The notes: a model not told the origin generated them from the letters alone. A stretch of DNA of 61,635 nt from a virus (IMGVR_UViG_3300033049_000033:64001-125635); one strand, 5' to 3'; counted from the first letter of the stretch, positions 1-8,436 are shown. Numbers and translations: made by a program.

Positions 1-207
1 GACACGGTTACTCGAAGCCAAGCAAAGAAATTGGTGCTGAGGGAAGATGCCACGGGAAAACTATTTACATTACCTTTGGGTGGGCTATCAATTGCCAAGT
101 GTAAAGGTAATCCAAAACTACTAAGTCAATTGATTGGCATTGCCCAAAAACAAAAAGACTTAGGGTTCACAGTAATTAACCGAAATATAACCTTACCAAT
201 TAAATAA
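1..207 (+). CDS. 3' end of a hypothetical protein (partial)
   Basis: Frame 1 is open from the window edge to TAA at 205-207 (DTVTRSQAKKLV...TLPIK). Confidence 0.6.
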   Translation, partial: DTVTRSQAKKLVLREDATGKLFTLPLGGLSIAKCKGNPKLLSQLIGIAQKQKDLGFTVINRNITLPIK

Positions 208-208
208 T

Positions 209-526
209 ATGGGAGCGTGTAGTTTTGAAGTAATTTATGTGGCAAAGACCGCACAAGAAGCATACAATAATGCGGTGGAAGATGCTATATTTGAGGATGG
301 GCACAACCCGTATAATGGTACAATATCAACCACTGACGGATTCAGTATGGCTAAGGATGCGCCACGCTACGGGACTAAAAAATTCCAAGAATGGGAGAGT
401 GAGAAGGATGAAGCAATGGAGAAACGGTCATGCCTATGTGTTGAGGTAAAAGGTGTAAAGGCTAAACAGTATAAAACAGGTAGGGGGATGAAGGTCTTTT
501 ATTTCTTTGGGGTGGCTGCCGAATAA
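209..526 (+). CDS. hypothetical phage protein
   Basis: 105-aa ORF, abuts the upstream stop, followed by a promoter repeat. Confidence 0.75.
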   Translation: MGACSFEVIYVAKTAQEAYNNAVEDAIFEDGHNPYNGTISTTDGFSMAKDAPRYGTKKFQEWESEKDEAMEKRSCLCVEVKGVKAKQYKTGRGMKVFYFFGVAAE

Positions 527-563
527 ATTTGGTAGTGTGGAAATTTTTACTTAACTATGTGGT

Positions 564-650
564 ATGTTAATCGTAGCAACAATATTTTTTATAGGTCTTC
601 TTGTAATTGCGATACAAACAATTATTAAAGACAAAACCATAATGCGATGA
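564..650 (+). CDS. small hydrophobic peptide (28 aa)
   Basis: ATG directly after the 528 promoter; MLIVATIFFIGLLVIAIQTIIKDKTIMR has one TM-like stretch. Confidence 0.5.
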   Translation: MLIVATIFFIGLLVIAIQTIIKDKTIMR

Positions 651-705
651 ACACATTTGTGTACATGGGGTTGTATATCTCAATTTAATTACTTACCTTT
701 GAATT

Positions 706-903
706 ATGAAACAAAACGAAGGTATCACAAAAGAAGACGTATTAGACGTAGCTAATCAACTGAATCTCGACCCTACCGAAGCAGAAATACAAACTGTTAT
801 CGCGGAGTATAATGATGAGGCTGATGCTGACCCAACAGGTTACTGGCGCATCTGGATTGAGAGTTTACTATATAACAATGACGTTAAAAAGAAAGTGAAA
901 TGA
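706..903 (+). CDS. hypothetical protein
   Basis: 65-aa ORF directly after a gTTG-N20-TACCTTTG promoter. Confidence 0.7.
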   Translation: MKQNEGITKEDVLDVANQLNLDPTEAEIQTVIAEYNDEADADPTGYWRIWIESLLYNNDVKKKVK

Positions 904-1049
904 AAGACGTAATAATTGCCATGTTGATAGGAGTAGCGACTGCGCTATTTTTAGAATTAATAGGTCTTGACATCACCCAACTATTATGGTGGGTTAGTAT
1001 GTTACTGATAAACACAGGTCTGACCATTCTTTGGAAACTATCAGATTAA
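900..1049 (+). CDS. small membrane protein (49 aa)
   Basis: ATGA overlap with the upstream stop; MKDVIIAMLIGVATALFLELIGLDITQLLWWVSMLLINTGLTILWKLSD has two hydrophobic segments. Confidence 0.6.
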   Translation: MKDVIIAMLIGVATALFLELIGLDITQLLWWVSMLLINTGLTILWKLSD

Positions 1050-1106
1050 ATTTGGTAGTGTGGAAATTTTTACCTATCTTTGAAGTATAATCAAAAACCA
1101 TATAAC

Positions 1107-1397
1107 ATGAAAAAGTTTCTATTAGTAATGACAGTAATGTCATTATCGTTTTCGACCTTTGCCGATAATGATGATAAGTACCAAGACCTTGTTGATAGGC
1201 TTGATGTCATCGAACAAAGCACCGATACGTTACCCGTGTCCATTGTGGATAATTCGGTATTCATATTCACTAAGACTGGTGATGTGGTGTACGCTGAAAT
1301 CCCTAAACCTGCCGAACCTCTAAGCACTGCGGAGATTCTTATCGGTTTCCTATCGGTGATACTCACTTTAGCTTACTATTTGGGTTGGTTGCACTAA
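1107..1397 (+). CDS. exported protein with C-terminal membrane anchor
   Basis: Signal peptide MKKFLLVMTVMSLSFSTFA and a C-terminal hydrophobic helix; the ORF-track start at 1080 lies inside the promoter. Confidence 0.7.
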   Translation: MKKFLLVMTVMSLSFSTFADNDDKYQDLVDRLDVIEQSTDTLPVSIVDNSVFIFTKTGDVVYAEIPKPAEPLSTAEILIGFLSVILTLAYYLGWLH

Positions 1398-1512
1398 CCA
1401 TGTGGACAGCATTTATATTTACCAATACTATATCATTCATGCACATAGCATTGATAAGTAACTTCTTCCAATTCGGATTACTGTTCGTAGATTACATAAT
1501 AAACAAAGAATA

Positions 1513-1812
1513 ATGGCGACAAAAACTTGGAAAATAGGTGAATATGCCAAAGGTGGTGTAATAACTACTGAAGTGAGAGGCACTAAGATTGTCGTTATTG
1601 GCAAGGATTGGGACTTCAGTACTGGTAGTCGCAGAAGCTCTAACCAAAAGAATGCCAAAGAATGGTGTAGGTTAGAACTTGAAACTAAAGGTAAGAACAT
1701 AAGACGTGAAGTCCAAATGTTCATTGAAGATATTACTACTTCTTATTATACTGACCAGATTATTAAGTGGTTTGAGAGTAAAGGTGTAGAAATGTCAAAT
1801 TCTATTTGGTAG
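1513..1812 (+). CDS. hypothetical phage protein
   Basis: 99-aa ORF, A-rich leader. Confidence 0.75.
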   Translation: MATKTWKIGEYAKGGVITTEVRGTKIVVIGKDWDFSTGSRRSSNQKNAKEWCRLELETKGKNIRREVQMFIEDITTSYYTDQIIKWFESKGVEMSNSIW

Positions 1813-1859
1813 TGTCGTTTGTTATGCGTACTTATGCAGTACACTAACAAACACAACAC

Positions 1860-2069
1860 ATGACACCACAACAAGAGGCAAGAGAAATCGCAGAAAAGTT
1901 TATTGGCCAATCCTTTACCTTTTTAAGTGCATACGGTAATATGGAAACCCTATGCGCCTATGATTTGGGTTATCGTTTCAGGTTCAACAATAAGAAACGA
2001 GCCGTTGGAACTTGTAGTTACCGAAACAAGACAATTGAACTTTCGCTGCCTATTATTCTATCAAGATAA
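1860..2069 (+). pseudogene. truncated SprT-like metalloprotease remnant
   Basis: YRFRFNNKKRAVGTCSYRNKTIELS resembles the SprT N-terminal half; the ORF stops before any HExxH. Confidence 0.5.
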
Positions 2070-2135
2070 AGGTAAGCGACCTATGACACTAACTATTCTT
2101 AAACGAACAAGCTAAGACGTTGTTGTGTGGGATGG

Positions 2136-2157
2136 ATGAGCCGAAAGGCTCATTTAT
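2136..2157 (+). terminator. hairpin terminator candidate
   Basis: ATGAGCC-GAAA-GGCTCAT followed by TTAT. Confidence 0.55.
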
Positions 2158-2312
2158 TCGGCTCATATTGTAACAACATACACACGACAATAGGGTTCGG
2201 TATCCCTTATTGCCTGCTAAGGTATGGAAAAAAAATGACATACACAAGTTTATTTTTTATTTGGTAGTATCAAAAGTTTTACTATCTTTGTTTCATACTA
2301 AACACAACGACA

Positions 2313-2714
2313 ATGGAAACCTCAATTTTCAGATTAGAACATACCGATACGGACAAAATGGGGGTGGGCTTAGGGCCTTATGTAACACATAATTGCGTAA
2401 CACATAATTGCGTAACACATCCTTACAGTAAAAATCGTGATTTGTGTGCCGCACATAACAATTTTTCATATCCAACACCATACGAAGAAGGTATTAGAGA
2501 TATGACGCAGTATGATTATTGTGCCTGTACCTCTATTGATGGATTATCAAATTGGTTTGGCGAATGGTTAGAAGATATTATATCAGAGGGGTTTGAGGTG
2601 GTGGAATACGTTTTACATAGTAACGATATACGGTTAGGTGATAGACAATGTATATTTGATTTTCGAAAGGTAATCAAAAAGAAAAGTGTTACATATTTGG
2701 TGGTGTCGAATTAA
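2313..2714 (+). CDS. hypothetical protein (weak ADP-ribosyltransferase-like pattern)
   Basis: 133 aa behind a promoter repeat; contains an in-frame 15-bp tandem repeat (VTHNC x2.6, ~2382-2420). Confidence 0.7.
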   Translation: METSIFRLEHTDTDKMGVGLGPYVTHNCVTHNCVTHPYSKNRDLCAAHNNFSYPTPYEEGIRDMTQYDYCACTSIDGLSNWFGEWLEDIISEGFEVVEYVLHSNDIRLGDRQCIFDFRKVIKKKSVTYLVVSN

Positions 2715-2749
2715 TTACTTACCTTTATCATTGAACAAACACAACGACA

Positions 2750-3217
2750 ATGAAACAGAATATACTAAGTGAAGAATTAGGCAACGCAGTAGACCTTATT
2801 TGTACGCACCTAATGGAAACTAAAGGAACGCAAGAGACAATACACCATTGCGATACAATCGGGTTGAATTATGGCTATTGTAAAGGGTGTGAGGTTGAAA
2901 ACCCAATAATTGAAACTTATGAAAATTGTACTTGCGCATTATGTGGAACGGAAGTTGCCCGACCAGTAGAGGATGCCAAATATACGGAGTATCAACTATT
3001 TCTATTCGGGCAACTTCTATATGCAAACCTTGAAGGTTGTGAAATTGCTGACTTGGCATACGATATTATTTTCCCAGTTATAAAGCATGAGTTAGGTATG
3101 TTTCTTGGTGGGTTATTTGATGTTGATACTCAGTCAGAATACGATTGCATGAATGAGTATTTGGCTGCCAACATTGACCGAATCTCAATTACTTTGGCTG
3201 ACCATTCTAACATTTGA
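2750..3217 (+). CDS. hypothetical protein with Cys clusters (possible Zn binding)
   Basis: CKGC and CTCALC motifs; promoter repeat at 2696. Confidence 0.7.
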   Translation: MKQNILSEELGNAVDLICTHLMETKGTQETIHHCDTIGLNYGYCKGCEVENPIIETYENCTCALCGTEVARPVEDAKYTEYQLFLFGQLLYANLEGCEIADLAYDIIFPVIKHELGMFLGGLFDVDTQSEYDCMNEYLAANIDRISITLADHSNI

Positions 3218-3277
3218 AGTTAAATTTGGTAGTGTCAGATTAATTGCTTATCATTGTATTGACTTAAAACAACAACG

Positions 3278-3652
3278 ATGAAAATAGATGAAGTAGAAGT
3301 ATTGGGGGTTGATATTGTATTCGATGGTAAAATTGATTACGGAGTGGTCAATTGGGGTTCTATTACTTTACAAAACGATGGTCGAGAATTTATTTTAGAC
3401 CCTTACCAATCTAACATACTGTTTGAGGATGGACAAACTACAATATCTTCGGACTTACATAAAGATGAAGAGACATTTCCTGACTGTAAATGGGATTTGA
3501 CTAAAACAGACCTACACGGAAAATTGGATGTGGCGGTAATGTATGTGGATGAATTTGATGAAGAGCCTGAAAGTATCACACTATTTGTTAAGTTCATTAG
3601 TAAAGATGGTACGGGCATGACCAAAGCAATTGATTTAGATTTGGAAGTGTAG
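3278..3652 (+). CDS. acidic hypothetical protein
   Basis: 124-aa ORF behind the promoter repeat at 3225. Confidence 0.7.
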   Translation: MKIDEVEVLGVDIVFDGKIDYGVVNWGSITLQNDGREFILDPYQSNILFEDGQTTISSDLHKDEETFPDCKWDLTKTDLHGKLDVAVMYVDEFDEEPESITLFVKFISKDGTGMTKAIDLDLEV

Positions 3653-3668
3653 ATTATTTTACTTACCT

Positions 3669-4283
3669 ATGTACAACATGACAGACGCACTACTTTTAGC
3701 TATCTTTGAATGGACATTAATAATCTCATTAGGAGGGTCTTTAGGATTTCTTGCTTTCCATGTCCCCACTTTACTATTCGATTACATAGCCATTCGCAAT
3801 ATTGAGAAAAAGATGATTGGTCGGTACATTGATAGTGGCATGGTTGCAAAACAAACTTGTTGGTCGGCTAATACAGAACATAATGACTGTACGGTATTAG
3901 CACGAATGGTAGCGTTTGATATGTCTTACTCAGATGCACACAAGTATCTTGAAGTTAACTTTGGTCGTAAAGAAAGGGATGGTGTACCGACACTATTATA
4001 TTATGAAACGCTTAGATGTCTATATAAACGTGGCGATGTTGTTAATGGTAAATACTTTACAAGTGCCATTGACGACCCTAAGAGAGCCAATGGCACTCAA
4101 ATGATGGTTAAGGACTACTTAGAGAAAGATGGTACGTATATACTATCTATAAATGGTCATACCCTATGCGTTAAAGATGGTGTACTATTTGATTCAACCA
4201 CTAAGACATTTAGCTACAACGCAGTTGTATTTCTTGAAAATAAAGTAGAAAACTTTGACGAAAGTTTGCAATTGTCAAATTAA
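3669..4283 (+). CDS. membrane-anchored papain-like (Cys-His-Asp) peptidase-fold protein
   Basis: N-terminal hydrophobic segment; NDCTVLA...GHTLCVKDGVLFD has the spacing of a papain-like triad. Confidence 0.5.
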   Translation: MYNMTDALLLAIFEWTLIISLGGSLGFLAFHVPTLLFDYIAIRNIEKKMIGRYIDSGMVAKQTCWSANTEHNDCTVLARMVAFDMSYSDAHKYLEVNFGRKERDGVPTLLYYETLRCLYKRGDVVNGKYFTSAIDDPKRANGTQMMVKDYLEKDGTYILSINGHTLCVKDGVLFDSTTKTFSYNAVVFLENKVENFDESLQLSN

Positions 4284-4331
4284 TTTCGTATATTTACAGT
4301 TCTAAACAATTAACCTTAAATTATATCACGC

Positions 4332-4775
4332 ATGAAAAAAATGTTATCAGTAGTATTAATCCTGTCTATTCTTATGACATCTTGCGCAGACAGTCTGACC
4401 TATGAGAATGGTCAAGGACAAAAAGTAACCGTTACTTCAACTGGAGTATTCAATAAAGGCGATAGAGACCCTAACGTGAACTATGAGTTGTGCGTTGGTA
4501 ATGTGGTTTGGTCAATCATTTTGGTTGAAACCTTCTTTGCACCCGTTTACTTTGTCGGTTGGTCAATTATGGAACCAGTATCTGTAAGACAACAAGTTAT
4601 AATCGTAAGACCTGAAACAACATCGGAAATAAACGCTAAAGAAGTGCGCAAAGACAGTCTAAGACGGCAAGCATCGGCAGAACAAGCAAAGGTGGGTGAA
4701 AAGATTGAGGCACATTTGGATGCCGCAAGCAATGCCTTTTTCGGGAGCAATGAACCCGAACCTGATACGGAATAG
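4332..4775 (+). CDS. lipoprotein
   Basis: MKK + hydrophobic core + LMTS-C lipobox; internal hydrophobic segment. Confidence 0.7.
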   Translation: MKKMLSVVLILSILMTSCADSLTYENGQGQKVTVTSTGVFNKGDRDPNVNYELCVGNVVWSIILVETFFAPVYFVGWSIMEPVSVRQQVIIVRPETTSEINAKEVRKDSLRRQASAEQAKVGEKIEAHLDAASNAFFGSNEPEPDTE

Positions 4776-4800
4776 TATCATATAACATATTAGAATATTT

Positions 4801-4828
4801 AAGGTGGGATTTTTCTCACCTTTTTTTT
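4801..4828 (+). terminator. Rho-independent terminator
   Basis: AAGGTGGGA-TTTT-TCTCACCTT + T run, fused to the next promoter repeat. Confidence 0.65.
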
Positions 4829-4863
4829 GGTGGTGTGGATTTAATTGCTTATCATTGTATTAT

Positions 4864-4948
4864 GCCTAAGTGGTGGAATTGGTAGACACGCTGGACTTAA
4901 AATCCAGTTCTTGATAAAGGAGTACGGGTTCGATTCCCGTCTTGGGTA
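4864..4948 (+). tRNA. trnL: tRNA-Leu(TAA)
   Basis: Acceptor GCCTAAG/CTTGGGT; D loop GGAATTGGTA; anticodon arm CTGGA-CTTAAAA-TCCAG; long variable arm; T arm ACGGG-TTCGATT-CCCGT; promoter at 4826. Confidence 0.95.
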
Positions 4949-5069
4949 CAAACATGGTAATATCGATAGAAACAGATTTGGTGATTCTTATTATGTCTTG
5001 AAAAATTAACCTAAAATATTACGATAAAGGTTTGGTAGTGTGGATTTAATTGCTTACCTTTATGATTCA

Positions 5070-5134
5070 GATGGGTGTTAAGCGATAGGGGGGGCAAGAC
5101 CATCAAACTCCGACCCCTAACCCGACACTGGGTT
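5070..5134 (+). ncRNA. candidate pseudoknotted RNA at the predicted transcript 5' end
   Basis: GATGG(5070-74)/CCATC(5100-04) crosses TAGGGG(5086-91)/CCCCTA(5114-19); it starts a few nt after the 5031 promoter -7 box. Confidence 0.45.
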
Positions 5135-5138
5135 TATT

Positions 5139-5363
5139 CATGTCAAGAGGTAGTGTTCACTGACTTGACTACTTTATTAATGTTCTTTGAAATAAGCGGT
5201 TAGACTTAGTAATAAGTTCCACTGAATGTATTGAGTTAACATTATCGGGTTTATAGGGAAATGACCATACTTACCTATTTTAGAATGTGTTAGATACACA
5301 CATTTACCTTTAGTTGCAGTAATACTCATACCTAACCGCAAATACTAACCATGAATTGACATG
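5139..5363 (+). ncRNA. candidate structured RNA (~225 nt)
   Basis: Nested helices CATGTCAA/TTGACATG, GCGGTTAG/CTAACCGC, GTATTGAGT/ACTCATAC plus local hairpins; no ORF. Confidence 0.55.
5181..5193 (+). promoter_or_regulatory. boxA-like antitermination element
   Basis: TGTTCTTTGAAAT resembles rRNA-operon boxA; preceded by a GTAGT/ACTAC hairpin (boxB-like). Confidence 0.5.
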
Positions 5364-5368
5364 GTGAT

Positions 5369-5522
5369 AACGATATGGCGGAGCGGTTTAACGCGGAGGT
5401 CTCAGTCCAAATGATTGTGTGTGGGTGAACTCCACACTCTTTAGCTCATGGACGAAAACCACTAACTTTAGTAGAGAAGCTAATATCAAACAAGTTCACA
5501 GGTTCGAATCCTGTTATTGTTA
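5369..5522 (+). tRNA. Ser-type tRNA-like gene, anticodon CGA interrupted by a 50-nt insert
   Basis: AACGATA/TATTGTT acceptor; TG; GCG-GAGCGGTTTAA-CGC D arm; GAGGT-CT-C[5404-5453]GA-AA-ACCAC; 35-nt variable arm; ACAGG-TTCGAAT-CCTGT T arm. Confidence 0.7.
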
Positions 5523-5537
5523 TTTCCGAAAGGATAG

Positions 5538-5622
5538 AATCGTAGTGTGGAGTAAGGGGAGGTAAGTATACCTCATTGAGGCAATCCCGACCACTTAGCA
5601 GTCAAAGGACTTCGGTACGATT
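5538..5622 (+). ncRNA. candidate multibranch RNA
   Basis: AATCGTA/TACGATT closing stem with internal GAGGT/ACCTC and AGTC/GACT helices, followed by a T run. Confidence 0.4.
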
Positions 5623-5698
5623 ATTTTTAATTAATGTTTGGTAGTGTGGATTTAATTACTTATCTTTGTATTAAATAATTAACATAAAAACAATTAAC

Positions 5699-5878
5699 AT
5701 GAAATTTGTAGTGGCTCTTAAATATGCTAAGATGTTGTGTGGTGATGGTGACTATAACACAGAATATCATAGAGGTGTATGTGAAATACTGGCTGAAATA
5801 TACGGAGAAATGGATGTTCCGCATGAAGATAGAACTCAGCAGATAGCCGATATGTTAAACGTTACCATAAATCCATGA
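5699..5878 (+). CDS. hypothetical protein (59 aa)
   Basis: MKFVVALKYAK...VTINP, behind the promoter repeat at 5637. Confidence 0.6.
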   Translation: MKFVVALKYAKMLCGDGDYNTEYHRGVCEILAEIYGEMDVPHEDRTQQIADMLNVTINP

Positions 5879-5937
5879 ATTAACGTTTGATAGTATGGAT
5901 TTAATTACTATCTTTGTATTAAACAAAAACAAAAACA

Positions 5938-6162
5938 ATGTCGAATAGAATTAGTGATTTATCAGAGGACGAAATGGAAGATATGTTGGAACAAGTAATT
6001 GGCGACAGTTACACGTTAGTTCCTTTTCCTGAAAGCCAAGCATACATGACCGAGCCGTGGTTCGATGAAGAGGCTTCGTTGGATGTGGCGATGCTTGCAG
6101 GAGATAGTGCTTATTTCATCCCAACAAAATATGTGTTGGACGTTGAAATTGATGAAGATTAA
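5938..6162 (+). CDS. acidic hypothetical protein
   Basis: 74-aa ORF behind the promoter at 5886. Confidence 0.7.
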   Translation: MSNRISDLSEDEMEDMLEQVIGDSYTLVPFPESQAYMTEPWFDEEASLDVAMLAGDSAYFIPTKYVLDVEIDED

Positions 6163-6199
6163 ATTTGGTAGTGTAGAATATTTTACTTAACTTTACATT

Positions 6200-6436
6200 A
6201 TGACAACAGCAATAATAACAATCACACCAGTAACCAACATTAAAAATAATGTGGTGGTTAGTATGAATAAGGTTGAAACCGAATTCTACGATGCTAATAT
6301 GGATATGCTCACATTCTATAATGTTAAAACAGGTAAGACACGTAAGGGAAACCTTATGACCGTATCACTCTATGATGATAGAATAGTCAGAGAGGATAGT
6401 AGATACCATATTCTACATATGTTAACCAAAGGATAA
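6200..6436 (+). CDS. hypothetical protein
   Basis: 78-aa ORF behind the promoter at 6164. Confidence 0.65.
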   Translation: MTTAIITITPVTNIKNNVVVSMNKVETEFYDANMDMLTFYNVKTGKTRKGNLMTVSLYDDRIVREDSRYHILHMLTKG

Positions 6437-6574
6437 TTTGGTAGTGTGGATTTAATTGCTTACCTTTGAAGTATTGATTGGTTGCGCGAGTGTAGATAAC
6501 AATGACGTTGACCGACTTAGGGAAATAGTAGGAGAACTACAAGAGTTAGAAGCATAAAGGTGTTGGTGTGTGAG

Positions 6575-6616
6575 AGCCGCCCATGATACACATTTGTGTA
6601 CATGGCGGCTTTTTTA
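6575..6616 (+). terminator. Rho-independent terminator
   Basis: AGCCGC(C)CATG...CATGGCGGCT + T run; a related copy lies at 7648-7679. Confidence 0.75.
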
Positions 6617-7061
6617 TTACTCATAACTTGCAAGTATCAATTCTTTTGCGTATCTTTAAGAAAAACAAAACACAATGGCAAAACCAGTAACATATTTTGA
6701 TATTCAGATTGGTGTTAATATCTTGGGACTTCCTGAGTATCATCGCATTTTCTTAAACGATGATAAACCAAAATACACCAAAACGCGATGAAAATTACAG
6801 ACCATAGAACAAGACAGTACGCGGCATTCTTAATGATATTCGCATTGTTCAATTTAATAGGGTTGGGGGATACAAGCATTGTTCTTGTCAGGTAGTCCAA
6901 TAGGTGGGGCTTTTAACTTCGCTGATTATAGCTTTATCGGTTGGGTCGTTCAGCTATTATATTGGGTAGGACTTTCCACTTTATTTGGTAGTGGTATAGC
7001 AACTGAAGTTACATAACGTTTGGTGGTTTCAATTGTTTGTTGTATATTTGTATAGTACAAA

Positions 7062-7229
7062 ATGGCAAAGCAACGCAAACATACTATCACTACGGAGCAA
7101 ATCAGTAAGATGCACCGCAAGGTAAGTCGAGAGGAAAATCTGGGCGATGGATGGGTTGCAACCAAAAAGGTACACGCCTCGAAGAAAACCTACAACCGTA
7201 GGAAAAATAAACACAATGACTTGGATTAA
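7062..7229 (+). CDS. small basic protein (55 aa)
   Basis: MAKQRKHTITTEQ...HASKKTYNRRKNKHNDLD, behind the promoter at 7019. Confidence 0.65.
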   Translation: MAKQRKHTITTEQISKMHRKVSREENLGDGWVATKKVHASKKTYNRRKNKHNDLD

Positions 7230-7377
7230 CAAATATGGAGATATTAAGGTGGTATGGAATTGTACAAGGCAATCTTATACTGCGTGGCGTAACGGTAAAT
7301 GGATGGCCGTGGCCTACAAGTTCTCACATATTAAATGTTGGCTTGGAAATGATTATAATTTGGTAGTGTCGGATTAA
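7216..7377 (+). CDS. hypothetical protein
   Basis: MTWINKYG..., overlaps the upstream gene end. Confidence 0.55.
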   Translation: MTWINKYGDIKVVWNCTRQSYTAWRNGKWMAVAYKFSHIKCWLGNDYNLVVSD

Positions 7378-7413
7378 TTGCTTACCTTTACAATTCACTA
7401 ATCAATAAATAAC

Positions 7414-7629
7414 ATGAAAAAAGTATTTGGGTTTACACTAATTGTACTAATGGTCGCTATGACCTCTTGTTCAGAAACAACTATTTGTTGTGATTGTTCC
7501 AACGCGAATGGACTGTATGCTGGACAAAGTGAAGTTTGTTTCGGAGATAACCTTGCATCACAGGGAAAAGACCAAGACGATTGGAGGGATTGGATGGAAG
7601 GGAGTTCAATAGGTTGCAACTGTAACTAA
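7414..7629 (+). CDS. small Cys-rich lipoprotein
   Basis: AMTS-C lipobox; CCDC and GCNCN; promoter at 7359. Confidence 0.7.
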   Translation: MKKVFGFTLIVLMVAMTSCSETTICCDCSNANGLYAGQSEVCFGDNLASQGKDQDDWRDWMEGSSIGCNCN

Positions 7630-7647
7630 GACGTTGTTGTGTGTAAG

Positions 7648-7679
7648 AGCCGTCCATGTGAAAGCATGGCGGCTTTTCT
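7648..7679 (+). terminator. Rho-independent terminator
   Basis: AGCCGTCCATG-TGAAAG-CATGGCGGCT-TTT. Confidence 0.7.
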
Positions 7680-7744
7680 ACATTAAATTTGGTGGTGTGG
7701 ATTTAATTGCTTATCATTGTAGTACACTAACAAAAACAACAAAC

Positions 7745-8086
7745 ATGGACGCATTAGTAATAGGAGAAAAGATTGACGAGACAAAGTTGGGAGACCGACC
7801 AATTGACTGTAACGAAACATTAGCGCAGCTTAAAGCCTTTGGCGGTTGGATGGGTACAGGTTCTTGGGGTATGCACAAGCTGATTAACTGTGCCAACAAA
7901 GCACTTAGAATGACCGTACAAGGTCGCCTATTCAAAGGACACGTTTATATTAGCGTTAACGGTGCTGACCTTTACGATGTAACTTTTTGCAGCAATAGAG
8001 GCACAATTAAGAAAGTACTGAATGATGTTTATTTCGATGACCTATTCAGACTTATGGATTATGAAATTGAAACACCAAAACCATAA
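7745..8086 (+). CDS. hypothetical phage protein
   Basis: MDALVIGEK...; the ORF-track start at 7634 runs through the terminator and promoter. Confidence 0.75.
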   Translation: MDALVIGEKIDETKLGDRPIDCNETLAQLKAFGGWMGTGSWGMHKLINCANKALRMTVQGRLFKGHVYISVNGADLYDVTFCSNRGTIKKVLNDVYFDDLFRLMDYEIETPKP

Positions 8087-8223
8087 ATATTTGGTAGTCT
8101 GGATTATTAGTTATATATTTACATAAACAAACAACAAATGATTTACGCAGGTATAATATTAGGTAGTTATTTCTTATTTCTTATTCATAGCCATCAAAGT
8201 CGTAACCGTAAAAAGCTAAAGCA

Positions 8224-8436
8224 ATGTCAAGATTCAAAGTAGGTCAAACCGTTTATATGGGTCGGGATAAAACCCTTATAACACTTATTGTTAAGAGGGT
8301 TATAAAAAATCCACTATTACCTATTAGACAATACGGATTTGAAGCCCCAAATGACGGATTTATATGTGGCGAACAATCAATCAGAAAATCAATTAACGGT
8401 AAAGACCTAAGAGTTAGAGACTGTTTTATTGATTAA
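8224..8436 (+). CDS. hypothetical protein (SH3/KOW-like pattern)
   Basis: FKVGQTVY start; 70 aa. Confidence 0.6.
   Translation: MSRFKVGQTVYMGRDKTLITLIVKRVIKNPLLPIRQYGFEAPNDGFICGEQSIRKSINGKDLRVRDCFID

Noticed and set aside
5403-5454. Group I intron or archaeal BHB intron in the tRNA
   Set aside because: Only 50 nt, no P7 core, no terminal G for a splice that restores the loop; the junction is a 4x4 internal loop, not bulge-helix-bulge
5401-5462. Hammerhead ribozyme (GTCC...GGAC-GAAA)
   Set aside because: The required CUGANGA core before stem II is absent (GGTCTCA instead)
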